A stretch of DNA of 64,000 nt from Candidatus Hodarchaeota archaeon (GCA_016839815.1 JAEOTM010000057.1:26346-90345), one strand, 5' to 3'; shown: positions 1-9,834, counted from the stretch's first letter. Numbers and translations are program-made. The notes: a model not told the origin generated them from the letters alone.

Positions 1-388
1 TCTGTACACCATAAATTTCTATGGGGTTAGGAACTTCATATCCGCCTATTTTTGCATACTTTAAAACCGGTAATACTCCAACCCCATGAGAAGAAAATCC
101 TCCCGCATCTTTAACGTCAACATCGTGTAAATTTCCTAAATAGAAAATATCTCCAGGTTTCAATCCTTGATCAGCCATGGAAGCTGCATCAACTATAATA
201 GCGTGGTCAAATCCATCTATTGCATCAAGAATATCCAATCCACCTGTATTTAAATATTGAAATGAAATTCCCATCTTTAGTAATTCTTCATCCTGTTCTA
301 ATTGCTCGACTACTCGAATTCCTGCTCCATCATCCATTCTTATTGAGTTCCCCACTCCCAGAATTACTAATCTTTTCGAATTGTTCAT
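1..388 (-). CDS. Hydrogenase maturation protease (HycI/HyaD family), truncated by the window edge
   Basis: Not in the ORF track. Manual translation from ATG 388 gives MNNSKRLVILGVGNSIRMDDGAGIRVVEQL...GGLDILDAIDGFDHAIIVDAA...FSSHGVG, with the GxGN..xDDGxG, IVDA and SSH motifs. Confidence 0.92.
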   Translation of the reverse strand, partial: MNNSKRLVILGVGNSIRMDDGAGIRVVEQLEQDEELLKMGISFQYLNTGGLDILDAIDGFDHAIIVDAASMADQGLKPGDIFYLGNLHDVDVKDAGGFSSHGVGVLPVLKYAKIGGYEVPNPIEIYGVQ

Positions 389-663
389 TAAATATCGTTG
401 ATATTCATTGATTTTAAGAAGTACTTGAGTGGAGAAAATTAAATGCTTATGATGTGAATCTTTGTCCTGTCACATTAATCACCACTCATGAATAAATGAG
501 ACCTAACTTAGTAATCATTTTTGTATCATTATTCCGCAATTACCAAGATAGTGGTACGAAATAAGTTTATTTCTATCTTACAGGGATTCTATATGTGGAT
601 CTGAGCGTTTACTATAAAAAAATTGTATGAATCTCTTAGAAAACCAAGAGATTCGTCTTTGAT

Positions 664-1827
664 TTACACAGTAGCAATCAATCTAGCTTTTTCTTTTATC
701 GAGGCAAAATACACGGCTAGTGGTCGATAAAGCATGTGTGACCATTTTCCAAAAGGTACTTCAATAATCAGCATTGGTCCTGCAATCATCAGATGGATAA
801 CATATATGAAATAACTTGGATAGGTGAAATTCATTAGACGGAATAAGTGTAGGAAGATACCTGTAACTGCAGTTAAGAAAAGTAGAATCAGGAATAGCCA
901 ATCAGATAGATGAGAAAATTTGTGTAATTGTTCTTTCTTTTTATACCGACTCCACATTGCTTCAAGAGTGACAAATAAGAGAGCTACAGTGCCATAATAA
1001 CCGAGAAGTGAGGTAATATCCCAACGTGTATCATCCACTTGGAAAATATCGATAAAGACTACAACGAGAGTAAAAATTGTTACATATCCAGTGACTAAGA
1101 ATACATGTTTTAACCAGCGGAATTTATTATCACAATTCCTCCAGCGAATTTGAAACGGAAAACTTAGCGCTGTTTCAATAATTCCTTTAAATTCTGTAAA
1201 ATACAGTTTGATAGGTACTTTCACACTTTTATCGCTTAGAATTATGTAATAATACATTCTAAATGCATTTGTAAGCAATAGAAAAGCTAACGTTCCTCCC
1301 AGTACTAGGTCACCAATGTGAATCCATTCTTTAGGTGCAAAACTGTCAATTGAGACATTACTACCTTCCATTGTACTGATTCCAGTCAGATTTGCTACTA
1401 GAAAGATTCCCAAAATTAATAATGCTAATGCAATTAAAGCTCCAAATTCCCATTTATGAGAAAGATATAATCTTTTAGATAATCCTGTCCAGTCATATCT
1501 CGCAGTAAGATATCTACGAGTAGCCATCATAAATTCACCAGGTTCTGCTTGACTAGGACATGAAGTGGAACAATCTCCACAATAATAACACAACCATGGT
1601 TCGGCATGAGTTAAGATTTTTTCTTCTAAGCCTAGTTTCGCATATCTGATAAATCTACGAGGAAAATCATTACCACTGACTGAAAGAGGACACGAAACAG
1701 TGCATTGACCACATGAAAAGCATGCAGATACGTCAAATGCTCCAAACTTCTTGATAGTTTTAAATACATCAGGTTTAACATTAAGAACCTTTTCTGTACC
1801 AGTATGTGCAGTTACCATGATAATCAC
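664..1827 (-). CDS. qmoC: QmoC-like protein: N-terminal 2x[4Fe-4S] domain plus di-heme cytochrome b (NarI/HdrE-like) membrane domain
   Basis: CFSCGQCTVSCP and CYYCGDCSTSCP, then multiple TM helices with His residues and a PFGKWSH motif. Confidence 0.8.
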   Translation of the reverse strand: MIIMVTAHTGTEKVLNVKPDVFKTIKKFGAFDVSACFSCGQCTVSCPLSVSGNDFPRRFIRYAKLGLEEKILTHAEPWLCYYCGDCSTSCPSQAEPGEFMMATRRYLTARYDWTGLSKRLYLSHKWEFGALIALALLILGIFLVANLTGISTMEGSNVSIDSFAPKEWIHIGDLVLGGTLAFLLLTNAFRMYYYIILSDKSVKVPIKLYFTEFKGIIETALSFPFQIRWRNCDNKFRWLKHVFLVTGYVTIFTLVVVFIDIFQVDDTRWDITSLLGYYGTVALLFVTLEAMWSRYKKKEQLHKFSHLSDWLFLILLFLTAVTGIFLHLFRLMNFTYPSYFIYVIHLMIAGPMLIIEVPFGKWSHMLYRPLAVYFASIKEKARLIATV

Positions 1828-2270
1828 CTTTTCTTTATTGGACCTAACTCCTTTATTTGATCAGTAAACTCGGTCATAATTTGAGCAAAACGCTTTCCTT
1901 CAGAGGCTGAAATCCATTCTAACCGTAAGCGATCAGTTTCCCAGCCTAATATATCAAAAGCCTCTTTCGTATTTTTAATTCGAACCTCAGCGCTCAAATT
2001 TCCTTCAAGATAGTGGCAATCTCCCGGGTGACATCCGGCTACGATAACTCCATCAGCCCCTTTAAGAAACGCCTTCATAATAAAAGCAGGATCAACACGT
2101 CCAGAACACATAACACGAACTATCCGGATATTTGAGGGATATTTCAATCTTGAAACACCAGCTAAGTCAGCTCCCGCATATGAACACCAATTACACGCTA
2201 TACAAATAATGGTTGGTTCAAATGATCCTTCTGTTTTTTCAGTTTGAATTTCTGTTGTTGTTTGAGTCAT
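1824..2270 (-). CDS. mvhD: Methyl-viologen-reducing hydrogenase delta subunit (MvhD/FlpD, [2Fe-2S])
   Basis: CNWCSYAGAD, RVMCSGRVDP, GCHPGDCHY, WISASEG. Confidence 0.95.
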   Translation of the reverse strand: MTQTTTEIQTEKTEGSFEPTIICIACNWCSYAGADLAGVSRLKYPSNIRIVRVMCSGRVDPAFIMKAFLKGADGVIVAGCHPGDCHYLEGNLSAEVRIKNTKEAFDILGWETDRLRLEWISASEGKRFAQIMTEFTDQIKELGPIKKR

Positions 2271-2287
2271 TTCCTATCACTACTCCT

Positions 2288-5200
2288 TTAGGGTGCCTCC
2301 ACAGGTGGTTGTTCGACGCCTTCGATACTCGGTTCAGATTTTGAAAGTATAGCTTCAATCTGAGCATTAATCGTTTCATTTTGGAAGTGGCTAATTGTGA
2401 TTGCACTAACGGGACACGTTACTACGCATAAACCACAACCTTTGCAAACTCCTGGATTGACAAAGGCTTTTACTGTCTTTATGGTAGTTGTTTCCATACT
2501 AATTTCCTTCTCGTGAAGTTCTATGGCCTTATAAGGACATATTTCTTCACATCGTCCACATCCTCGACACATTTCCTCATTCACTTCAGAAATGGCTCCT
2601 TCAGATAATAGATAACCTGGTGCCAGTAATGCCATTACTCGAACAGCTGCTCCACTTGCTTGATATATACTTTCATAGGTAAATTTCGGGTAATGAGCTG
2701 TTCCTGCAAGAAAAACTCCGTCAGTGGCAAAATCCAAAGGTCTTAATTTGACATGTGCTTCAAGGAAGAACTTATCTGCACCTCTTGGAACTTTGAACAT
2801 TTGACTTAGCTCTTCGTTGGGTTTAGGGACAAGAGGAGTGCTAAGAAGAATTGTATCAACATCCTGAATTCGTAGCTTTTCACCCAGTGTGATATCCAAT
2901 ACTTCCACTGATCCATCAGAATTTATTGTTGGTTTGTTATCATCATTGTAACCTATGAAAACTGTTCCCAATTTCCGGGTTTTGAGATATAACTCCTCAA
3001 GATCACCATAAGTACGGACATCTTTATAGAGAATGAATACATTTGCATCTGGATCTCTTTCTTTAATTCTAATGCTGTTCTTAATTGCGGTGGTACAGCA
3101 AATTCTAGAACAATACGTTCTAGGAGCTTCATCTTCACGTGAACCCACACACTGGATCATTACAACTGTTTTTGGGTCTGTTTGGTCAAATTCTAGCTCA
3201 AATTCTCTTTGTGTTTTCACCCGAGTATCATTCCCATATTCATAGTATCCTTCTGGGATGAATGGTCGTGCCCCAGTTGCTAGCACTGCTGCACCAAACT
3301 TTATCTCCTGTCCATTAACAATACCTGTAAATTTACCTACCGCTCCAGTCAAAGATTCGAGATTTGCCCCTGTGAATACCGTGATATTTTCTTCATCATT
3401 TACTTGGTTTGCTAATTCTTTAACAATATCTTCCCCCTGAAGCTCATTATGGAGACGTGGTATCTCCAGTAATTCACCCCCAAGCTGATTTTCCTTTTCA
3501 ACAAGGTAAACAGGATACCCTCCACGGGCTATATCTAGTGCCGCAGTCATTCCAGAGATTCCCCCTCCAACAACTAATGCCTTCTGGTCAATAGGAATTT
3601 TCTCTTTCAGTAATGGTTCTAGTCGACAAGTTCGTGCGATGGCACCACGTAACATATCTTTTGCTTTCTCTGTTGCTTCACCTTTTTCATGGGGATGAAC
3701 CCAGGAGATATGTTCTCTTAGATTTGTTAACTCGAAAAGAAATTCATTTAATCCTGCTTCTTTTAATGTACTTCTAAATAGTGGTTCATGAGTTCGAGGA
3801 GTACAGGAGGCGACTATGATTCGATTTAGGTTGTGCTCTTTGATTTTTTCTTTAATTGTAAGTTGTGTATCAGCAGCACATGCATAAAGAGGATCATCAG
3901 CGAATTTCACATTCGGAAAAGTCCGAGCATATTCTGCTACCTCTTTAACATCTACTACCGAAGCAATGTTATGGCCACAGTGGCACACAAATACACCTAT
4001 TCGCGATTCATCAGCTGAATCAACAGCTATTGCACGGGGATACTTCTTTTCTTTTACTTCAGTTCCCCTAACATCTTTGAGTAAGATAGCTGCTTTTGCG
4101 GCCGCTCCACTAGCTTGTGCAACGGTATCAGGTATATCTTTTGGCCCTGATGCTACTCCACAAACATAGACCCCAGGTTTACTTGTCTCAATTGGTTTCA
4201 AAGGATCTGAAACTACAAATCCATTATGATCTAATTCCAGATGAAGTTGGTTCTGCAAAAAGTCTGTTTGAGACGTGGTATCCATCCCTGTAGATAAGAC
4301 TACCATATCCATTTCCTTTGTTGTAATTGAAGGAGAGTCCATAAATTGCTCAAATTTTAAAATAAGATTCTGATTCTCAGGATTTTCTTCTATTTCGTAA
4401 ATTCTAGAGTTAATGAATTTGATCCCAAACTCATTGATGGCTCTTTTATAGAATTCCTCAAACCCCTTTCCAAATGCTCTTATATCCATATAGAAAATGT
4501 AGGCTTCGACATCTGGATCGTGTTCTTTTGCCATAATTGCCTCTTTTATCGCATACATACAACAGGCTGCCGAACAGTACTCTTTATTGATTGATAAGTC
4601 ACGTGAACCAACACATTGAAGAAATGCAATTTTCTTTGGATGTTTCCCGTCTGAGCGACGGACAACTTCTCCTTCAGTTGGACCTGAAGCATTGAGAAGT
4701 CTTTCAAATTGCAAAGTTGTAAACACGTTTGGATACTCCTCGAAATGCAGTCTCTCAATTTCCTTAGCATCAAAAGGATCAAAACCAGTGGTAGTAATTA
4801 CTGCACCAACATTGACAGAGCATTCCTCATCCTTTTGAGTATAATCGATAGCTCCTGGACCACATTTCTTCTCACATATCTTACACTTACCTTCCTGAAA
4901 ATATCTACACGTATCATGCTCTAAATATGCAACCTTTGGAACCGCCTGTGGAAATGGAATTGAAATATTCTTCCTACCAGCTTTTTCTCTCCCTTTTTTA
5001 TCTTTTTTAGTTAATCCTGCATTAAAATCATCCTCAATCCAGACTGGACATTTTTCTTCACAAATTCCACAACCTGTACAGAGCTCCTCATCTACATAAC
5101 GTGCTTTTTTCGTATATTTGAGAGTAAAATTTCCAGCAGATCCTTCTAAATCCACGGGATCACAGTAAGATAACAATTCGATGTTTGGATGTCTTTCTAC

Positions 5201-5407
5201 TTCTACTAGTTTTGGCCCTAAAATACACATCGCACAATCTAAAGTTGGAAATGTTTTATCCAGCTGAACCATTCTCCCACCGATGCTTGGGTTGCTTTCT
5301 AGCAAATAAACTTTAAATCCTTGATCTGCTAAGTCAAGAGATGACTGTATTCCTGCAATTCCACCGCCAATTATCGCAACTGATCCTCTTTTTTCTGCTT
5401 CTGTCAT
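2288..5407 (-). CDS. hdrA: Heterodisulfide reductase subunit A family protein with two FAD modules (HdrA/QmoAB-like fusion)
   Basis: Two GGGxxG FAD motifs, DKTFPTLDCAMC, CSAACC and CSRICC, GVFVCHCG, inserted and C-terminal ferredoxin motifs. Confidence 0.93.
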   Translation of the reverse strand: MTEAEKRGSVAIIGGGIAGIQSSLDLADQGFKVYLLESNPSIGGRMVQLDKTFPTLDCAMCILGPKLVEVERHPNIELLSYCDPVDLEGSAGNFTLKYTKKARYVDEELCTGCGICEEKCPVWIEDDFNAGLTKKDKKGREKAGRKNISIPFPQAVPKVAYLEHDTCRYFQEGKCKICEKKCGPGAIDYTQKDEECSVNVGAVITTTGFDPFDAKEIERLHFEEYPNVFTTLQFERLLNASGPTEGEVVRRSDGKHPKKIAFLQCVGSRDLSINKEYCSAACCMYAIKEAIMAKEHDPDVEAYIFYMDIRAFGKGFEEFYKRAINEFGIKFINSRIYEIEENPENQNLILKFEQFMDSPSITTKEMDMVVLSTGMDTTSQTDFLQNQLHLELDHNGFVVSDPLKPIETSKPGVYVCGVASGPKDIPDTVAQASGAAAKAAILLKDVRGTEVKEKKYPRAIAVDSADESRIGVFVCHCGHNIASVVDVKEVAEYARTFPNVKFADDPLYACAADTQLTIKEKIKEHNLNRIIVASCTPRTHEPLFRSTLKEAGLNEFLFELTNLREHISWVHPHEKGEATEKAKDMLRGAIARTCRLEPLLKEKIPIDQKALVVGGGISGMTAALDIARGGYPVYLVEKENQLGGELLEIPRLHNELQGEDIVKELANQVNDEENITVFTGANLESLTGAVGKFTGIVNGQEIKFGAAVLATGARPFIPEGYYEYGNDTRVKTQREFELEFDQTDPKTVVMIQCVGSREDEAPRTYCSRICCTTAIKNSIRIKERDPDANVFILYKDVRTYGDLEELYLKTRKLGTVFIGYNDDNKPTINSDGSVEVLDITLGEKLRIQDVDTILLSTPLVPKPNEELSQMFKVPRGADKFFLEAHVKLRPLDFATDGVFLAGTAHYPKFTYESIYQASGAAVRVMALLAPGYLLSEGAISEVNEEMCRGCGRCEEICPYKAIELHEKEISMETTTIKTVKAFVNPGVCKGCGLCVVTCPVSAITISHFQNETINAQIEAILSKSEPSIEGVEQPPVEAP

Positions 5408-5424
5408 TTTTTCTTCCTCACATA

Positions 5425-6552
5425 TTATTTACTTGATGTAGATTCATCTACTATCATTCCAAGCTCCTTAATTTTAATTTGGAAGTTGTGTTGAGGTTTT
5501 CTATCTTCCATTACGCAATTTAAATGCGCAAAACATTTTGTGCATCCGACAGCAAGAGTTCCTTCATCTCCTACTACGTCTTTAGTTTCTTCTAACTTTC
5601 TTAGCATTATTGCGCGTGAGTTATCATCACATTTGAGCCATGCAGACACACCACAGCACTTCGTATGTTGTTTATTCAAGGTAAATTCTTTTATATTACC
5701 ACCAGCAGCTTTTAACACAGATCTAGGTGTATCATACTCGTTCATGTATCGACCTAATCTACAGGCATCATGATAGGCTACATCATAACTATCTCCCTTG
5801 AAATCTAATTTCTCCTTATTCTCTTCAATGAATTGAGCGATATGTTGAACTCGAACGTTGAGATCATACAATTTCTCAAAAGAATAGTAGCATTCTGCAC
5901 ACGAAACAACAAGGGTTGTTATTCCTGCTTCCTTAATGTATTGGGTATTATACTCACGTACTTTCTCATAGGCGTCTTCGTCACCCGTCCAGTACGCATC
6001 ATGACCACAACATTTAAGAGATATCAGATTAGGACTCACTCCCGCTTTATTCATGAGATTGATAGCACTTTGACCAATCTGATGAAAATTAGTTTCTTCT
6101 AAATCTAAAAATTTGTCAAACAGGTCAATACAACCAGGGAAATATGCAATCTTTGATTCAGGATTCGTTTGACCTTCATACTCAAACTTCATCCCTGAAT
6201 CAGTCATTTCACCCATAAATACTTGCAGTAAATTAAAGATATTATGATGAGCAAATTTATCTTCACTAATTCCTTTTTTTCTGGATAATCGTATAAATTC
6301 AGGAAAATCAACTTCTTGGGGACATATTTCTAAGCAGAGTCCACATGTTAAACAGGAAGTTAGTTCATCCTCGGTCACTGAGTCGTATATCTTGAAATTG
6401 TGAATGATTCTTCTTGGGTTAAATTTTGATACTCTACGGACTGGACATACACTTACACAGGATGAACATTGATAACAAGCTAATAATATTGATTTCAGTT
6501 CATCGGAATTTATATCAAATTCATATTTCGGTTGACTCTCTGATAGTACCAT
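5425..6552 (-). CDS. hdrD: HdrD/GlpC-like Fe-S oxidoreductase (HdrC-like ferredoxin plus two CCG domains)
   Basis: CYQCSSCVSVCP, CLTCGLCLEICP, YFPGC, KCCGH, YHDACRLGR, KCCGV. Confidence 0.8.
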   Translation of the reverse strand: MVLSESQPKYEFDINSDELKSILLACYQCSSCVSVCPVRRVSKFNPRRIIHNFKIYDSVTEDELTSCLTCGLCLEICPQEVDFPEFIRLSRKKGISEDKFAHHNIFNLLQVFMGEMTDSGMKFEYEGQTNPESKIAYFPGCIDLFDKFLDLEETNFHQIGQSAINLMNKAGVSPNLISLKCCGHDAYWTGDEDAYEKVREYNTQYIKEAGITTLVVSCAECYYSFEKLYDLNVRVQHIAQFIEENKEKLDFKGDSYDVAYHDACRLGRYMNEYDTPRSVLKAAGGNIKEFTLNKQHTKCCGVSAWLKCDDNSRAIMLRKLEETKDVVGDEGTLAVGCTKCFAHLNCVMEDRKPQHNFQIKIKELGMIVDESTSSK

Positions 6553-6930
6553 AAGTTTGTCTCCTCACACTATTATTGATTTCTTTTTTGAATTCGGTCT
6601 CAACGGATTGTCAAAATATCTAAAACACTTTATTAGTTGTGAACTGCCCTCTCCAGTAACCACTTCATTGTTAGAATATAAACTAGCATTATATAAACTA
6701 ATGGTCAATAATGGCATTAAAATCACAACTCTTAGTCCTACGGTGGACTAAAAGGAAGTTGTCAACAGTTTTGATTACTGGCTTTATATATTCTTTGATA
6801 AGTGATCGTTTTGTAGCCAAAAGTTAACCAAAGATAACAATAGAAAAGAATTTAAGAATTAAAAAATGTTTTAAGCACATAATCACCCACCCTCTTAAAC
6901 ATATTAGTTTTTGAAAAGGAAGTAAAAAAT

Positions 6931-7314
6931 ATGTCCCCCGAAGTAGATGATTCTTGTAAATACTATAAAGAACACCAATGGGTAAGAGTGGAAGATGGTA
7001 TATGCTTAGTCGGAATTTCCGATTTTGCTCAAGATTCTTTAAAAGATGTCGTAATGGTTGAACTCCCTGAGGTTGGAGATTCTGTTACACAAGGTGAAGT
7101 ATTCACCTCTATCGAAAGCGTAAAAGCTGTAAGTGATGTCTTCAGTCCAATCTCAGGAGAAATTATTGAGGTCAATGAAGAGCTAGAAGACACTCCAGAG
7201 AATGTCAATGAAGATCCTTATGGAAGTTGGCTTGTGAAAGTCAAACCATCGAATCTTGATGCTGATTTAGCTAATTTAATGAGTCCTGCAGAATATGAAG
7301 ATTTCTGCGGTTAG
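6931..7314 (+). CDS. gcvH: Glycine cleavage system H protein (lipoyl carrier)
   Basis: HQWV, GISDFAQ, lipoyl-Lys motif IESVKAVSD, NEDPYGSWL. Confidence 0.96.
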   Translation: MSPEVDDSCKYYKEHQWVRVEDGICLVGISDFAQDSLKDVVMVELPEVGDSVTQGEVFTSIESVKAVSDVFSPISGEIIEVNEELEDTPENVNEDPYGSWLVKVKPSNLDADLANLMSPAEYEDFCG

Positions 7315-7340
7315 AGTTTAATCTTCCTATTCATTTCATG

Positions 7341-7378
7341 CCCTATGGAGTTTTTCCTCCCTGGGAAACCTTTTTTTT
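7341..7378 (+). terminator. Putative terminator between convergent gcvH and ccmB
   Basis: Imperfect hairpin (ggag...ctcc flanked by ccc/ggg) followed by a T8 run. Confidence 0.45.
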
Positions 7379-7408
7379 ATTATTAGACCTTCTAGTCGAT
7401 TTTAAAAT

Positions 7409-8098
7409 TTATTCTGAGATCAAATCCTCTACAAGTAAAAGTGTTAACACTGCTATTATGATAGCATGGAGAAATAAAATTAGCGCATTACTAAGTGCAG
7501 CCATAGGATCGTAATAAAATGTTAGATTTTTAGTTGCATCTGCTGCAATAATTATTGAGGGAATTATTAGAGGAAAGAATAGAATTGGAACAGCTAATGT
7601 TTTTGATTTCGCATAAACTGTTAACAATGAGACTATACACCCTGCAACAGTAAGGTCCACTGTTCCCAGTACTAATACAAGGATAAATACTGCCATACTT
7701 CCTTGAATAGAAATATTTAGAAAAATAATTGCCACAATAAAGGCAAAAAATTCTACAACCCCCACTATCACCAGCAGATAGAGAAGTTTGGACAAAAATA
7801 TTGCCTGAGGTTTTACGGGTAATGATAACAGGGAATAAAGAGAATTTTTTTGTGTTTCACGTGAAAACACCGAATTAACCCCAAGCATAATTGTAAAGGT
7901 AATAATAAACCACATTGCTGCTGTTGAGATGGTATACTGGGCTTCAAGGGTAACATCTTCAATAAGTTTGAACAAGGAAGAAAATATTAATACAGCGGCA
8001 AATGAAAATAACCCCATTGAAAAAAGAGTTTCTTTAGTTCTGAATTCTAAAACTAAATCTTTTTTCATCATATTCAATGTATCACTGATTATAGACAT
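7409..8098 (-). CDS. ccmB: Heme exporter permease CcmB
   Basis: KDLxLEFRT start, about 6 TM helices, FSRE, PILFFPLIIP; located next to ccmA. Confidence 0.9.
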   Translation of the reverse strand: MSIISDTLNMMKKDLVLEFRTKETLFSMGLFSFAAVLIFSSLFKLIEDVTLEAQYTISTAAMWFIITFTIMLGVNSVFSRETQKNSLYSLLSLPVKPQAIFLSKLLYLLVIVGVVEFFAFIVAIIFLNISIQGSMAVFILVLVLGTVDLTVAGCIVSLLTVYAKSKTLAVPILFFPLIIPSIIIAADATKNLTFYYDPMAALSNALILFLHAIIIAVLTLLLVEDLISE

Positions 8099-8123
8099 TG
8101 TGATTCAACAGCTAACTATTTTT

Positions 8124-8825
8124 TTATTTCTTTAAACTTAAAAATTGATCATAATCGGTTGGTAAATAGGAATGAATGATTTTACCTTTTTCTAAATAAT
8201 AAACACGATTGCATAATTGGGCTATAGCCTCAAAATCATGAGAACATATTATTATTGTATTATCTGGATTCTTTTCTTTAATTATTTTGTACAACATCTC
8301 CCGATTCTCAACATCTAATCCACTAAAAGGTTCGTCAAGAAGTAACACTCCAGGTAACGTTGGATATGAAGCGCGGAGGATTTCTAACTTCTTTGCCATA
8401 CCGGTGGAATACTCCCTTACGGGTCGATCAATGAAGAGTTTTAGCTTGAATGTCTTAATAATCTCCTTGACAGCCTGTTTAGGATTTTTAACACGTTTAC
8501 TCATTTTGAAATAATATTCAAGGTTTTCTCTACCAGTAAGATCATCAAATAAGAATGCTTGGCTTAATAATACTTCCATATTCTTTTTAAGATCAGATTT
8601 ACGTTCTTTGATATCCACACCATCAATTTCTAATATTCCAGAAGATGGAGATATGAGCAGTGCAATAATTTTGAGTAAAGTACTTTTACCTGCTCCATTA
8701 TGACCAATTAATCCAATCGTTTCTCCCAGTTCAATGGTTAAATCTATATTTTTGAGTGCTGTTGTAAATACAAATGTTTTATTGATTTTTGAAAGCTTTA
8801 CAACGGGTTGTGGAATTTTAACCAT
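8124..8825 (-). CDS. ccmA: Heme exporter ABC ATPase CcmA
   Basis: GHNGAGKST, YSTGM, LLLDEPFSGLD; lies between ccmC/D and ccmB. Confidence 0.85.
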   Translation of the reverse strand: MVKIPQPVVKLSKINKTFVFTTALKNIDLTIELGETIGLIGHNGAGKSTLLKIIALLISPSSGILEIDGVDIKERKSDLKKNMEVLLSQAFLFDDLTGRENLEYYFKMSKRVKNPKQAVKEIIKTFKLKLFIDRPVREYSTGMAKKLEILRASYPTLPGVLLLDEPFSGLDVENREMLYKIIKEKNPDNTIIICSHDFEAIAQLCNRVYYLEKGKIIHSYLPTDYDQFLSLKK

Positions 8826-8871
8826 TGGAAATCCCTTGTAAAAGTAGAAGTAGTTTCTTGTTATGAGAAGT

Positions 8872-9030
8872 TTAGTCGTCCTTTAGACTCTCAAGTTCCA
8901 ATTCTAATTTCCTCACTCTATTATTAGTGTAATAGAGATAATAGAAAATTATTAACCATACCACTACTGAAATAAAAAATAGTAGACTTAGTTCGGATCC
9001 CAATAAATCATCAAAAATATCTGTTATCAT
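8872..9030 (-). CDS. ccmD: CcmD-like small membrane protein (52 aa)
   Basis: Not in the ORF track. MITDIFDDLLGSELSLLFFISVVVWLIIFYYLYYTNNRVRKLELELESLKDD* has one TM helix and a charged helical tail. It sits directly downstream of ccmC with a purine-rich AAGGA upstream. Confidence 0.75.
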   Translation of the reverse strand: MITDIFDDLLGSELSLLFFISVVVWLIIFYYLYYTNNRVRKLELELESLKDD

Positions 9031-9060
9031 ATTGATTCCTTCTATCTGTACGCTTATCTC

Positions 9061-9834
9061 TTAAGCTTCCTCCATTTTTATCTTTCTTATCCTCTGGAGT
9101 TCAAATTCTATCCTGTTAGTTCGATACGCCTGCAGGATAAGAAAAATCGCGAATGCACTAATGAAGACAAAATTTATCATTAAAAATACCCCGGCACCTG
9201 TACTATACCCAGTTTCTGAAGGATTCGGATGTATTATCCCCACAATGAAATATGATAGGGGAATAGAGACAAATGCAAGTATTCCAAAAATCGCGGATAT
9301 AGTTGCCCTTCTTTCATGATTATCCACCTCTAACATATCACGAAATATTAGTAATCCAACATATATTAACCACATTATTAAGGTTATCGTCTCACGAGGA
9401 TTCCAATCCCAAAAAGCTCCCCATTCAACTTTTGCCCACATCATTCCTATTATGATAGTAATTGCTCCCAACATAACCCCCACCTGAGCACTTGAAAGTA
9501 GTATCAAGTCTAATCTAATATCCTTTCTCCAGATCAAATATAAGATTCCACTTATGAGAGTAATCCCGAAACAGAAATAGGTTGCAAACGCAAAAGGAAC
9601 CATTAGAAAGACAGGGCGTGGACTGACACTATAATAATCAGCATATTTAAATTGGATTACCAGATAAATTATAAAAAAATTCATCAGTAAAAAACTGGGA
9701 AGAAAGGTTAAAAGAATCCATTTCTCATATTTTCTAAAGGTTAAAAGAATCCATTTCTCATATTTTCTAAAGCTTAAAAGAATCCTTTCCGCGTATTTTC
9801 GTATACTTTCCAACATCATGAGTAGATCTCTCAT
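9061..9834 (-). CDS. ccmC: Cytochrome c biogenesis protein CcmC
   Basis: WWD motif WAKVEWGAFWDWNPRET, multiple TM helices, second His retained (IIHP). Confidence 0.9.
   Translation of the reverse strand: MRDLLMMLESIRKYAERILLSFRKYEKWILLTFRKYEKWILLTFLPSFLLMNFFIIYLVIQFKYADYYSVSPRPVFLMVPFAFATYFCFGITLISGILYLIWRKDIRLDLILLSSAQVGVMLGAITIIIGMMWAKVEWGAFWDWNPRETITLIMWLIYVGLLIFRDMLEVDNHERRATISAIFGILAFVSIPLSYFIVGIIHPNPSETGYSTGAGVFLMINFVFISAFAIFLILQAYRTNRIEFELQRIRKIKMEEA
9703..9801. repeat. 33-bp tandem repeat (2 exact copies plus 1 degenerate) in the ccmC 5' coding region
   Basis: aaaggttaaaagaatccatttctcatattttct x2, then aaagcttaaaagaatcctttccgcgtattttcg. Encodes RKYAERILLSF-RKYEKWILLTF-RKYEKWILLTF. 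Confidence 0.95.

Noticed and set aside
220-411. 63-aa plus-strand ORF
   Set aside because: Antisense shadow of the hydrogenase maturation protease.
1824-5407. Possible selenocysteine in HdrA/MvhD (Sec-containing in some Asgard archaea)
   Set aside because: Both ORFs are uninterrupted with Cys at the relevant motifs (DCAMC, CNWC); no internal in-frame TGA.
6557-6751. 64-aa ORF between hdrD and gcvH
   Set aside because: No motif or SD, and it occupies the divergent promoter region.
9703-9801. 33-bp repeats as a CRISPR array
   Set aside because: No spacers, in frame within ccmC, and no cas genes.
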